This document shows positions 1 through 12,522 of a stretch of DNA of 64,000 nt, piece by piece. Every line of letters starts with the position of its first letter. The stretch's first letter is position 1. The translations under genes and the position numbers were made by a program. The stretch lies in IMG/VR virus record IMGVR_UViG_3300021387_000164, positions 35,056 through 99,055 of that record. One strand, given 5' to 3'. The notes beneath the pieces were generated by a model. It did not search any database. It was given only the letters and a program-made list of their open reading frames with translations, and was not told the DNA's origin. The stretch comes from a virus (Duplodnaviria; Caudoviricetes).

Positions 1-2
1 AT

Positions 3-68
3 GCTTTCTCTATTGCAAATCGTTTTGTGTATGATGGCCTTGAGGAAAACTTAATAATTGTAAAGTAA
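3..68 (+). CDS. 3' end of upstream gene (partial)
   Basis: Open frame AFSIANRFVYDGLEENLIIVK-TAA ending 4 nt before the next ATG. Confidence 0.5.
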   Translation, partial: AFSIANRFVYDGLEENLIIVK

Positions 69-72
69 TACT

Positions 73-3000
73 ATGAGCGATAGAAAATATATTTCAAAAG
101 TAATTTCTAATGGAGAAACTTATCATGTTAAAGATAAGGAAATCCGGGATTCTCTTGGCCAAGTAAACGGTATCGCTACGTTGGGTTCAGATGGCAAGGT
201 TTCGCCGTCACAATTACCAACCGATATAGATACCACATATCAGTTCTCGCAAAGTGGTAACTCTTTGCAAGTTGGTGTTAATGGTGGTACTAAAGATACC
301 GTATATACACCCACTATTACAAAAAGTACAGTGGGTTTAGATAATGTAACAAACGACGCTCAGGTAAAACGCACAGAGATGGGTGCTGCTTTTGGAGTTG
401 CTACTCTTGATGATAATGGCAAGGTTCCAGCATCGCAGTTACCTTCTTATGTTGATGACGTATTAGAATACGCAGATAGGTCGTCGTTTCCACAAACCGG
501 AGAAACCGGAAAGATATACGTAGACAAATCTACGAACATTACATGGAGATGGGGTGGTTCTGATTATGTTGAGATAAGCCCCAGTTTGGCACTCGGAGAA
601 ACATCTTCTACTGCATACGCTGGAGACAAAGGTAAAGCATTGGCCGATAAATTGTCTGGTATCGAGAGTGGTGCACAGGTGCATAGAGCACCAACAACAG
701 CAGAGGTTAAAAGTGCACTCGGAACAGGTAGCGGGACTGTCAAATATCTTAGAGAAGATGGTACGTGGGCCACACCTCCAAACTCACAATATTCGTTTGT
801 TGATAAAGACGCCACACTTGATTGGGGTACAAGAAGTACTATAGCAACTGCAGGTGATGTTGATATTCACGTTACGATGCCTTCTAATCCTAATACAAAT
901 ACTGCAAGATTACAGGTATCTGATACGGCAAACAAACGTATTAACACAAAGGAAAGCACGGGGAACTACTTACAGTTTATAGGTGGTACAAATAAATTTA
1001 GTGTAAGTGATGGAACAAACACGTTCAATGTCGATATTACACCAAGCGTATCATTTCCTGTAACATCTGTTGTAGGCCAAACAGGAGAAGTTACCGTTTC
1101 ACAAATAGCTTCGGCTCTAACTGGGGCTGGGTATAAATTAACAGATACAATATACAGTCTTCCTGCTGCAGCATCCAATACGCTTGGTGGTATTAAGACT
1201 GGATACACGACAGACGCCAGAAATTATAAGGTATCACTTGATTCAAATAGTAACGCATATGTTAATGTACCTTGGTCAGATACTACATATTCAGCTGGAA
1301 CTGGTATATCATTATCTGGTACAACATTTGGTATTAATTCCACATATCAAGATTATATTAGCCATGGTAACACGGCCTACGGCTGGGGTAATCACGCTAA
1401 TGCCGGATATGCTTCGGCAAGTTCATTAGGTAACTACCTGCCACTTAGCGGTGGTACTATGACTGGTCAGTTAACCATAAACGGTCCAGACATTATTTTA
1501 GCAACCTATAGTAGCAGTTCTAACGATTCAGGTGACTTGGTTTTCCAGTATGGAAATGGAAGTGAAAAAGCAAGAATTTGGACGGATGATGAATACACAT
1601 CAGGAATGGGACCTAATTACAGATGTTATGATAATAATGGTTCTGCATTATATAGTGGCAGATTGGCTACTATTGGAGAACTTGGGTATTATCTTCCTTT
1701 GAGTGGCGGCACGATGAGTGGCGGTATTAGTTGGAACGATAGTGGTGCATTACCTGAAAGAGAAACAATAGCGTATTTTCTTGTTATTGACGCGTTCGCT
1801 GATGGTGGTAGAACGAAATGGGCATCTGTTGACAGACTTAAAACATCACAATTAACAAATGATGCTGGGTATATAACAAGTAGCGGTTCTTGTGATTATG
1901 CGTCTTCTGCTGGCAATTCGTCAACTGTTGGGGGTTTGTATGCCACAGACTTTTTGCGCCACTACACCGAAACATCACTTGACGCAAATAGTGCCGCACA
2001 AGGTTGGCATGACGTTCAAAACAACATAGAAAATGCTGCCCATACCAATCATTCCACATTGATATACGTTACAAATGTCGGAACACCTTTCCAGTTACAA
2101 ATTCCAGATAGTTCGGAAGACTGCATATACAAGAGGTATTATCAAAGTGGTTCTTGGTCTTCTTGGTTTAAAATAAGTGCAGGTAACTCAGATACTGTAG
2201 ATAATTTACACGCAACAGACCTTGTACGTTATTATCATGATGCCACAACAAACCCGAATATAGACACATTCGCATATGCAGCATATTTGCTAACACAAGC
2301 TGATTCTGGCTAGTGGGCAGGTGGTACACCACCAAGTGGTGCACATAATGGACTTGGTATCATTAATGTGCACACACACGTTGGCAACTATTATACACAA
2401 CTTGCTTTAGATACCAATCAGAATTTGCTATGGATTCGCAGTGCAAATAATAGTGACTCATTTGGTTCTTGGGTTTATATGATTAACTCAAGTAATATCG
2501 GCTCTCAATCTGTTAGCTACGCAAATAGCGCAGGTAATGCTGACACAGTTAATGGTTATCGTGAATATTATTTTCTTAGATACAGAGGAGCTACAGTAGC
2601 TGACGGAGAAGGTACACTGTGGTCTCAGATAGGTATTAAACAATATGAGAATGCTCTACCTGATGGATTAACCTCTTCTGGTTCTTATACATTTGGTAGT
2701 GTAATTACTTTTGCTGGAGCTGACCATAGATTAGAATTCTGGTCTAATCATCATTCATCTGCTGGTAATTATGGAATTGCGTATAGAACTGGATGGGATG
2801 ACGATAAACGGCCGTGGACTAGATTAATCGATAGTAACAATATAGGTTCACAATCGGTTTCTTATGCTACAAGCGCAGGTAATGCGGATACTGTGGATGG
2901 GTATCATTACGACAATTTGCCTTATTTGTCTAATAGCGGTGGCAGCTTATGGGGAAATATAACTTTTAATGGCGGTCACGCGATTAATCATCTTTATACA

Positions 3001-3981
3001 ATCTATTGCGCTGGCTCTGATACCAACCACGTACTATATCTTGGTTATAATGGAAAAGATTACGTTACTTGGCACGAATATGGTAACGATTGGCGTTTCT
3101 ATTATGGTGGAAGTACAGCAGAACGAGATGGTTACCTTTCTGTTATGCTGGGTTCTACAAACTATTTCGAAAGTAACGTTGGTATAGGTACTACAAGTCC
3201 ATCCTACAAGCTACATGTAGTAGGCGACATCTACGCAACGGGAGATATAATGTCCCAAAGTGCATTAACCGTAACCTCTGGAAATGATAATAAAATTATA
3301 TTGGACAACACCGATAGCGAAACATATTGGTCTTTAATTTCTTTTAGAGACCATGGATCAGAGTACGGCTATCTTGGTACTAGGGGTTCAACAGATTTAG
3401 TCTGGAACGGAAATGTAGTAATCCATAGTGGTAACATAACATCTCAATACGTTAGCCATGCAGATAGTGCCGGTTCCGTTGATTGGAGTAACGTCAGTGG
3501 AAGACCTTCGAGTATGCCGGCTAGCGACGTATATAGCTGGGCTAAAGCTTCATCTAAACCGAGTTACAGCTGGAGCGAAATAACAGATAAGCCAACAATA
3601 CCTGATACCGGTAAGATGAACTATTTAACGTCCAATGCAGACATATATCCTCAGTATGGGGTAAATGTATTGGTTAAAATGTCAACTACCAATGGGTATA
3701 TAAATTTACCATCACTTAGCCAAAGTCAAAGTTACACAGGAACAAGTGGTAGTCAAAAATTTGCATATATCATCCGTCTTGCATGTCACACAAGCGGATC
3801 AGCATTTACTATGTATGGATATAGAGGAACCTCTGCAACAAGTCAATATCCGCACGTTAGATCAGGTAATACAGCTGATAGAACAACAGGTGTCGCTTTT
3901 TCTGCTGGAGATACTGACACATACATGTTAACATACGATGGTAGTGTATACGAAGCTTATAGACTTTGTTATACAGAATAA
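73..3981 (+). CDS. Tail fibre/spike protein, 1302 aa (one TAG read through at 2311)
   Basis: Track ORFs 73..2313 and 2368..3981 share a frame with only a TAG between them; fibre-type motifs ATLDDNGKVPASQLP, YLPLSGGTM x2, SAGNADTVxG repeats, NVGIGTTSPSYKLHV. Confidence 0.85.
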
Positions 3982-3998
3982 TATATCAGATCACATAT

Positions 3999-4457
3999 AT
4001 GATTACAATTAAAACAAAGAATGCACTTGAGGCATATAACGTTCTCAATGGTGCAAAGTACAGCAAACTTGAAGATGCTGACAAGATTAAGTTATGGAAA
4101 ATAGTACGTGCTTTAAAGCCGATCGCAACAAAGTTTCAGGAAGATGTTAAAGATGCACAAGAGAAATTTGCATCTGATATAGAGAACTTCAACGAGAACT
4201 TAAATAAAGCACAGGAGTACGAACGTTGTAAGGCGGAGGGAAAAGAGGACCTGCCTATGACAAACAGTGAATATGAGACTTTCTTAGAAGTCTTTAAAAA
4301 GTATAATAAACTTGTATCGGACGCCATTAACGAGTTTGCTAACGTTGAAGTGAGTCTTGATGTTGAAACTATTTCAGAGGACGCTTTTGGCAAGTTAATG
4401 TCAAGCAACGATTGGTCTATTGACAAAACAACAGCTATTGACTTTATAATCGGTTGA
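3999..4457 (+). CDS. Small helical protein, putative tail fibre assembly chaperone (152 aa)
   Basis: ATG at 3999 directly after the fibre gene; charged helical sequence; function from position only. Confidence 0.6.
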   Translation: MITIKTKNALEAYNVLNGAKYSKLEDADKIKLWKIVRALKPIATKFQEDVKDAQEKFASDIENFNENLNKAQEYERCKAEGKEDLPMTNSEYETFLEVFKKYNKLVSDAINEFANVEVSLDVETISEDAFGKLMSSNDWSIDKTTAIDFIIG

Positions 4458-4489
4458 GGTACAAGTACGTAATTACATACCGTACAATT

Positions 4490-7400
4490 ATGATAAATAC
4501 AATATTTTATTTTACTGATACTGAGCAGGAATATAAAGACAACCTGGTGAATGGTTCAGTAAAACCTCATACCATATGCTTTACTAAAGACACAAAAGCC
4601 CTGTGGAGAGACGGTGTTAGATATAGTGGACAAAATGCACAAGAAGTTTTGGAAGCTATAACTGACATAACCGGGCCATTACGTGAAACGCTTGAGGAGT
4701 CTATAAGATTGGCAGAGGAAACTGCAGAACATCGTTCACAAGAACTGGAGGATTCTTTGCTTGAAACGCGTCAATACCTCAATACAACAAAACAGGAGCT
4801 TGTCGCTGAAGATGCAAGATTAAGTTCTGATTTAGAGAATACCAAGTCTACTGTTACTACTGTAAACAACAGAATAACATCGGAAGTGGCTAATCTTACT
4901 GCAGAGCTTCAGTCACTTGACACAGACATTCAAGGTGTTGCCAGCGACCTCGAAACTACTGCAAGCAATATTCAAGGTAGACTTGATCGCGGTGAGGTTA
5001 CATACAACAATGGTTGGAATGAAAATGTAAAGGCGTATATGCAGACTGTTGGTCTATGGGATTACGGAGAGGGTAGTTCGATAGACACAAAGTGGAGCCA
5101 ATTGCGCCAATCTGTCAGTGGTGTATCTTCTGAAGTAAACAGAGTTGAAAATAAACTTGATGGTAATGTAACAACTCTTCAATCAGCAATTAACCAAGAG
5201 GTTACAGATAGAGGTACTGCAATAACCGAACTAAACAACACATATGCACAAAAAGAAGCCGATTCGGAGAGTGTGTTAAGATGGTTATATTCAGGATTAA
5301 AAACTGGTACTAACCCAGAGCTCACATATGCACAACTTGTTGCTGCTTCAAAAACAGGAGATACGTCTGCTATTTCAAACATCGACGCTCTTGTAGAAGA
5401 GATTAAAGATGCGCAAGGACAACCTACTGGCAAGTATAGAGCTACAAGCAATATGACATCTGCTGTTGATAATGCCATTAGTGGCATTTTAAATAGTACT
5501 ACTGGTGATTATGCAAACAGCACTATGATATCTAGACTTGACGGTAACATTGGTGCATTGGATGTTCGCGTTGGTAAGACCGAATCTGATATTCAAGGTA
5601 TTGCCTCTAACTCAAGCCTTACTGCTAAATTCTTAGCTAAGACCGACTTTAATACAGCTAAAGCAACATTAGAGGCTGCGGACACAGCTAATAGTAATGC
5701 TATTGGTCAAGTGCAGACACAGGTAAATGTTCTCAATGGCGGTCCAGAGGTAACTAACTCGGTTGCAGCTAAGGTAAATAGTTCATTGGCTACGTTTGAG
5801 CAAAATGTAAACAACGGTACTGCTTGTACTACTCTTATAAACAGAGTAACTACTGCGGAAAACAGAGTAACTACTGCAGAAGGAAGCATCAATGATCTTG
5901 ATGGTGATTTGAGTGATTTGCAAGGCGATGTTAACAACAACAGTACTGCAATTGCTGGATTGGATGTTCGCGTTTCTGGTACAGAGCAGTCTATATTGAA
6001 CATTGCGTCTAATGATAATCTTACAGCAAAGTTCTTAGCAAAAACAGATTTCAATACAGCCAAAGCCGCACTTGAGGCAGCAGATACTGCCAATAGTAAT
6101 GCAATCGGTCAAGTACAAACTGAAGTAGAGACGCTTAATGGTGGTCCCGAGGTTACAACGTCTATTGCGTCTAGAATAAATAGTGCAATATCTACATTTG
6201 AACAAAATGTAAATAATGGTACTGCTTGTACAACGCTTGTTAATAAAGTGGATACAGCTGCTAGCGATATTAACGATGTCAAAGGTGATCTTGCAGATAC
6301 AAATACTTCATTAACAGCACTTGTTACATATGTAGACCAAGATCAAGCATATGGCACACTTACTGCAAAGTTAAACGATATGCAGGCCGGTGTTGTAACA
6401 GATGTTAAAGATGACCTTGCTACTGCAGGTATTCTTACTAAGAGCGGTTCTAGTTATCAAGCAAATGTGTTTACTAAGGTTGAAACAAACAGCACCATTG
6501 ACACAAAGGTTAGTACTGCAACTTCTGGGTTGATGGCAGCTAGTGATTTCAATTCTGCAAGCGTTGTTGCTAAGGTAAACGAGGCTGGTAGTTCTGTAAA
6601 TATCAACGCAGATAAGATTAATCTTGTTGGTCAGACATCATTTAACAACGCAATTGGTGAAATGATCAGTGCTAGGACACTTAAGCTTAGCGACGTAGAT
6701 GGACAAGTTAAAGCTGTACTTAGTGGTGGTAATGCAAGTTTTGTTGGTAATGTTACCGCTAAACAATTTTTGGCAGGTGATCCAAATGCGCTCAATATTA
6801 CAATGACAGATAAGGCAATATCGTTCAATTATGGAAACGATACCAGAGCGTGGTTTACTCCATTCGATGAAGATAATCAACTGAAAGATGGTATGTTCTT
6901 GTATATCAAGAATCCAGATTCTTCTGCTGCAAATAGCATAATCACTATTGACTTTGCTAACTTGAAGTTTAAGAATACTAATCCGCCAGCACCAGTACAT
7001 AGTGCAAATTTCACACACATAACTACTACATATGACGGACTTGCAACGCTTGCTCCGGTAATAAAATATTATACTGTTGTAGATGGTGTTACTACATATT
7101 ATAACGATTCTGAGTGTCAGTATCCTGCTACATGGTCTGTTGGAAACTTGTATGAACATGATGAGTCATTTGACGTAGTATTGCACGATACAAGGAACGA
7201 TAAATATAACTATATGACGTTAGCTAGATATCGTCAAGTAACGTTTAATAACGGCGAACTTGTTTATCAGAACAACTATACATCAATTTCATATGATCCG
7301 TTCTATGGACAATCACCAAACTATTATGTTACCACAGAAAGTCGTTCTACCACAATCCAGAATCCTAATACAACCATTTTGTATGGCATAAGTGAATATA

Positions 7401-7570
7401 CACTTAGTGAAACTGGCGAAAATGCATATATGTTTAGATCAGATAGTGCTAAAACAATTAACTGTGTTGTTATTGCTCCAAATGTAAGTGATGTTACTGG
7501 AACAGTAAGTACATTTATACCAGAGGGTGACAACGACGAATACCTGTTACAGGATAATAGACAATTCTGA
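4490..7570 (+). CDS. Long coiled-coil tail/fibre protein (1026 aa)
   Basis: Heptad-rich, internal ~97-aa duplication, VNINADKINL motif common in phage tail proteins; no TAG. Confidence 0.7.
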   Translation: MINTIFYFTDTEQEYKDNLVNGSVKPHTICFTKDTKALWRDGVRYSGQNAQEVLEAITDITGPLRETLEESIRLAEETAEHRSQELEDSLLETRQYLNTTKQELVAEDARLSSDLENTKSTVTTVNNRITSEVANLTAELQSLDTDIQGVASDLETTASNIQGRLDRGEVTYNNGWNENVKAYMQTVGLWDYGEGSSIDTKWSQLRQSVSGVSSEVNRVENKLDGNVTTLQSAINQEVTDRGTAITELNNTYAQKEADSESVLRWLYSGLKTGTNPELTYAQLVAASKTGDTSAISNIDALVEEIKDAQGQPTGKYRATSNMTSAVDNAISGILNSTTGDYANSTMISRLDGNIGALDVRVGKTESDIQGIASNSSLTAKFLAKTDFNTAKATLEAADTANSNAIGQVQTQVNVLNGGPEVTNSVAAKVNSSLATFEQNVNNGTACTTLINRVTTAENRVTTAEGSINDLDGDLSDLQGDVNNNSTAIAGLDVRVSGTEQSILNIASNDNLTAKFLAKTDFNTAKAALEAADTANSNAIGQVQTEVETLNGGPEVTTSIASRINSAISTFEQNVNNGTACTTLVNKVDTAASDINDVKGDLADTNTSLTALVTYVDQDQAYGTLTAKLNDMQAGVVTDVKDDLATAGILTKSGSSYQANVFTKVETNSTIDTKVSTATSGLMAASDFNSASVVAKVNEAGSSVNINADKINLVGQTSFNNAIGEMISARTLKLSDVDGQVKAVLSGGNASFVGNVTAKQFLAGDPNALNITMTDKAISFNYGNDTRAWFTPFDEDNQLKDGMFLYIKNPDSSAANSIITIDFANLKFKNTNPPAPVHSANFTHITTTYDGLATLAPVIKYYTVVDGVTTYYNDSECQYPATWSVGNLYEHDESFDVVLHDTRNDKYNYMTLARYRQVTFNNGELVYQNNYTSISYDPFYGQSPNYYVTTESRSTTIQNPNTTILYGISEYTLSETGENAYMFRSDSAKTINCVVIAPNVSDVTGTVSTFIPEGDNDEYLLQDNRQF
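5558..6250 (+). repeat. Internal direct repeat (~290 nt, 402-nt period) in tail protein
   Basis: LDVRV...LTAKFLAKTDFNTAKA.LEAADTANSNAIGQVQT.V..LNGGPEVT...TFEQNVNNGTACTTL occurs at 5558 and 5960. Confidence 0.9.
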
Positions 7571-7598
7571 ACTACTACTAATTGATACTATATAGAAT

Positions 7599-9662
7599 AT
7601 GGTAGACTTTAATAAGAAACTAAAAAATACAGATAAATTCCGCTAGGCGGCGCTATTTTTTAAAGAACATAATTGTTACACGCTGGCCCCGCGAGGTACT
7701 ACAGATTACATAAAATATTGGGAGCAGGAAGCTGAGCGTTGTATAAACGGATACGTCGCTGATGATGGAGATTCTATTACTGGTTACCATTATTTCTACT
7801 TAAATTACAGCCCAATTATTAAACGTGTCGATGTTCAATATACAGATAGATTCGGCAACGTTAGAATTAGAAGAGATCGTGTATTAGATTTCCCAGACTT
7901 CTGGGATGGTGATTACTATTTCTTTCAAGCTGTAGAAGAGGCCGAGCAGCAAGGTAAACACCTTGCTGTTCTTAAGGCCCGTAAAAAGGGATTTAGTTTT
8001 AAAGGCTCATCAATGCTTGTTAGAAACTATGCCCTTGTAAAAGAATCAAAAAACTTCGCTATTGCATCAGAGTAGAAATTCCTAATTGGTGATGGTTTGT
8101 TGACTAAAGCATGGGAAATCATGGACTTTATTGACAAACACACAGAATGGGCTAAGCGAAGATTAACAGCTACTCGTATGGAGCGTGTGTCCGGATTTAA
8201 AGTTAAAGATGACCTTGGTAGGGAAACTGAACAAGGATATAAATCTGCAATTACTGGCATGACGCTTAAGAACGATCCGGAACGTGTCCGCGGTATTCGT
8301 GGAAAGCTAGTATTATTTGAGGAGAGTGGTAAATTCCCAAACCTCGAAACGGCTTGGCGTGTAAGTCAGCCTTCTATGGAGGATGATAGCGGTACAGCAT
8401 TCGGATTGATGATCGCTTTCGGTACTGGTGGTACGGAAGGCGGACAATTTGACGGACTAAAGACATTGTTTTATAGTCCAGAGGCATATAATGTATTGAG
8501 CTTTCCTAATATATGGGACGACAACGCTGAGGAAACAAGATGTGGTTACTTCTCTCCGTTCTACTTGAATATGGAGGGTTTTGATGATGATGGTAACAGA
8601 ATCTTCATGGACAGTGATGGAAATAGTATGGTCGAGAAAGCCATGAATGATATCATTGCCAAACGTAATGAAGTTAAGGATGGCGGTGCATCACAAACGT
8701 CTATCGATAGATTCATTTCAGAAAGACCAATAAAACCTCAAGAGGCCGTCTTAGAGCTCGGTAAAAATATATTTCCTAGAAAGCTTCTAATGGATCAATT
8801 GACTCGTATTAGAACGAATAAAAAACTATAGCACATGAAACATATAGTAGACTTAAAATGGGGTGCTAATGGTACAGTAGAAGCTGTGGAAAAAAAGGTA
8901 GGAGATATAACTACTTATCATTTAAAGAAAGATGACAAACCAGAAGGATCTGTAGTTATCTGGGAATACCCGGTCCCGGACCCGCCATTGGGATTATACA
9001 TTGGCGGTTGCGACCCGTATGATCATGATGAGTCATTCACTAACTCCTTAGGATCGACGTTCATATTTAAACGCGTTAGAGCTGGAGAAGCGTGGAATGA
9101 TGTAATTGTAGCTGAATATTCAGGTAGACCAGATACAGCAGAAGAATACTACGAAAACGTGCGCAAACTTCTTATGTTTTATAATGCACGTTTGTTGTTT
9201 GAGAATGAACGTAAGGGTATATATCCATACTTCACTAACAAACACTGCGATTACCTTCTAGCAGATCAACCTGATAAAGTTATATCAGAAATATTTAAGG
9301 ACAGCAAAGTATCAAGAAGAAAAGGCTGTCACATGACGAAACAGATTAGGGCGTACGGAGAAGGTTTAATACTCGAATGGTTAATGGAAGAGTATGAAGA
9401 AGGACACCTTAATCTAGAAAGAATATACAGCGAACCTCTAATAGAAGAGCTTATAGAGAACGATGGCGTAAAGAACGTTGACCGACTAATTGCTCTATGT
9501 ATGGTTATGCTATACAGGGAAGAACTATATTAGGTAAAGGTTTCTGCTGCAAAAGAACAAAATAAACAGGTTGAACTCTTCGAACTACCGTTATTTAGTC
9601 AACGATACTGGGATGCTGATAATGACGGCGAGAAAGATAATATACCTTTATTTAGCTTTTAA
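7599..9662 (+). CDS. terL: Terminase large subunit, 687 aa (TAG at 7644, 8073, 8829, 9531)
   Basis: Continuous frame MVDFNKK...; Walker A-like LKARKKGFS, Walker B VLFEESG, FGTGG, nuclease motif YIGGCDPY; ends TAA 3 nt before the portal ATG. Confidence 0.92.
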
Positions 9663-9665
9663 CAT

Positions 9666-12149
9666 ATGGTTAGAGTAGAAGATAATTTATATAACTTAAC
9701 GTTTCCACAACAGAAACTGCCACTTAAAAAGAAAGATGAGCAGTGGCAACACGATTGTGTGAACTTTATTATAGGCGAGGGAAACGTGGTGTCTGGTGGT
9801 GTGACCAAGGCACGTTTCGGAGAGATATAGACCTACTACAACCTTTATAATTCTATATTTGATGAGAAAGATTTTAAGCGCATTACAAATCCGTTTAAAG
9901 TTGAAGATGGATTTCCCGCTACTCCTCAAGATTTCAATATAATAAGGCCTAAGGTAGACCTCCTTATAGGTGAAGAGACAAAGAGGCCTATGAACTTCAG
10001 GGTGGTGAGAACGTCACAAGAAGCCGCATCAGAGTTAATGGATAAAGAGAAGGATCTGTTAATACAATATGTAATGGCGTCCATCACAGCTAGAATGGGA
10101 GAAGAGGAAGCTGCTCAATTTCAACAGCAATTGGAGAATGGCGAAATAATGCCGCCTGAAGCAATTGCTAAATACATGAATAAGGATTATAAAGACCCTG
10201 TAGAAAATACAGCATATCACACTCTCGTACATTTAAGAGAAAGACTCATACTGGATAATGAGTTTATTAAAGGTTGGAAAGACGCACTTATTTCTGGTAT
10301 TGAAGTATACTATGTTGGTGTACTAAACGACGAACCATATCTAGAAAGAGTAAATCCAATGATGTTCTCTTATGATAATTCACCGGACCTTGAGTTTATT
10401 GAAGATGGTTCTTGGTGTTGTCGTAGAATGAGAATGTCCGTAAGTGAGATTTACGATAGATATTATAAAAAGCTGTCAGAGAAAGATTTGAATAAACTGA
10501 CAGAAATGCTTACAGGAAAGTCGGCCAACGATTTGGGCGAGAAAGACCCGGTTGACAATTTTGGCGGCGGCATACAGATGCATATATACGACAATCCATA
10601 TATGGATCAAAAATCAAGGTATGCAATTAATGTATGGCATTGTTGCTGGAAGTCGTTTAAAAAGATATACTATGTAACATACTTCGACGAAGCAGGACAA
10701 GCACAGGTGGAAATAGAAGACGAGTCATATAAAAAGACTGGAATGGAAATTTCCGTTGAACCAGATTGGATTATAGAAGTTTGGGAAGGATATCGTGCCG
10801 GAACCGATCTTTATTTTGGTATTCAACCTATCGAATATCAACACGTATCTATTGATAATCCAAATTCTCAAAAGCTTCCATATTGTGGATGCGTTTATTC
10901 TAATACCAATAGTCGTCCTAGGTCCCTTGTTAGTATCCTTAAACCTTTACAGTATATGTACATTGTACTTTGGTACAGACTGGAGTTAGCAATCGCAAGA
11001 GACAAAGGTAAGGTAATTAATATGGATATTACTCAGATACCTAAATCAATGGGTATCACTCCAGAGAGATGGATGCACTATTTGTCTTCTGTAGGTGTTA
11101 ACTTTGTTAACCCATACGAGGAAGGTGTTCAAGGTCGAGAAGGAGGTCGTTCTGCAACATTCAATCAATTCTCGTCAGTAGATTTGACAATGTCAAATGT
11201 TATTGCTGAGTATATTCAGCTTATGGATAAGATTGAACAGCTTGCGGGCACTATATCTGGTATCACAGAACAGCGTCAAGGAGCTATCAGTTCTTCTGAA
11301 CTTGTGGGCAATGTAGAGCGTTCTGTTGTGCAGTCTTCGCATATCACTGAGCCTTTATTCTGGGTACACAATCAATGTAAACGCCACGCACTAAATATGT
11401 TGCTCAATACAGCTAAAGGTGCTTGGGAGCAATCTGGTAAGAAGAAGCTTAGTTATATATTTGATAACGGCGAGCGTGCTTACATCGACATTCAGGAAGA
11501 CTTCTATTATGAAGATATGGATGTATTTGTAAGTGATACTTCTAAAGACCTAGAAAATATACAAAAGCTTCAACAGCTCATTCAACCAGCTATGCAAAAC
11601 GGTGCTAGCCTATTAGAAGCTGCAGAGGTACTTACAAACGACAACTTCAACATCATTAAGCAGAAACTTAAGGAGATGCAGGAGCGTCAAGAGCAAATGC
11701 AGCAGCAAGCTCAACAAGCAGAACAGCAACAGGCTATTCAGCTGCAGCAGATGCAGAACGAACAGCGTGAACAAGAGCTTATGCTTGAAGAGGCTAAGAT
11801 GGAGCTTGAGCGTTACAAGATTGATGCTGATAACCAGACTAAGATTGCAGTTGCTGAGATTAGTGCATACCGTGGTACAGAAGAGAAGGACGCTAACCAA
11901 AATAACGTACCTGATCCAATCGAGATTGCTAAGGATGCTACACAGCAACGTAAGATTGCATCTGATGAGTATACTAAGCGTTATGAATCTCGTCAGAAGA
12001 AAGAGATAGAAGACAAGAAGATTGATCTTGAGCGTGACCGTATGAAGCACGAGATGGAGCTGTAGAAGGCTAAAGACGATGCGGCTTTAGAGCGTGAGAA
12101 GATTAAAGCAGCCACGGCAAGGGTAAATAAGGTCTCAGGCGAGAAGTAA
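9666..12149 (+). CDS. Portal protein, 827 aa (TAG at 9828, 12063)
   Basis: FPQQKLP N-terminus, FNIIRPKVDLLIGEE, ISGITEQRQGAI, Gln-rich C-terminal coiled coil; follows terL. Confidence 0.88.
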
Positions 12150-12151
12150 TT

Positions 12152-12355
12152 ATGGAACGAATAAAATATTATTTCAACGTTGCATTTATATCTGCTGTAC
12201 GCTGGCTGTATAATCATTATATATTGTTTAATAAATTTCTTAGAGGCAGAGCCAGAAAACAATCACCTATACAAGAAATATTATTAGACATACTTCTTAC
12301 AGACAAGCCGATTGATGTGTACAAAGTATGTAATGATATACGTAATTCGAAATGA
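12152..12355 (+). CDS. Hypothetical protein (67 aa)
   Basis: Fills the gap, starts 2 nt after portal stop, ATGA overlap with next gene. Confidence 0.6.
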   Translation: MERIKYYFNVAFISAVRWLYNHYILFNKFLRGRARKQSPIQEILLDILLTDKPIDVYKVCNDIRNSK

Positions 12356-12522
12356 CACGCGCCGAAGAACAAGAGCTTCTATAGCTTACTAGAGAGAACA
12401 ATCAATTATTAAAACTTATACTAAGATTAGTTTAGCACGACGAAGGGAATGACTTCATGACCAACGTCGTTGCTAATCTACTTAGCAATAGAATAGATGG
12501 TTATGCGCAAAGATCCTACTGA
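12352..12522 (+). CDS. Small hypothetical protein, 56 aa (TAG at 12382, 12433)
   Basis: MTRAEEQELL*LTRENNQLLKLILRLV*HDEGNDFMTNVVANLL...; ATGA-coupled upstream and overlaps next start; invisible in code 11. Confidence 0.65.
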
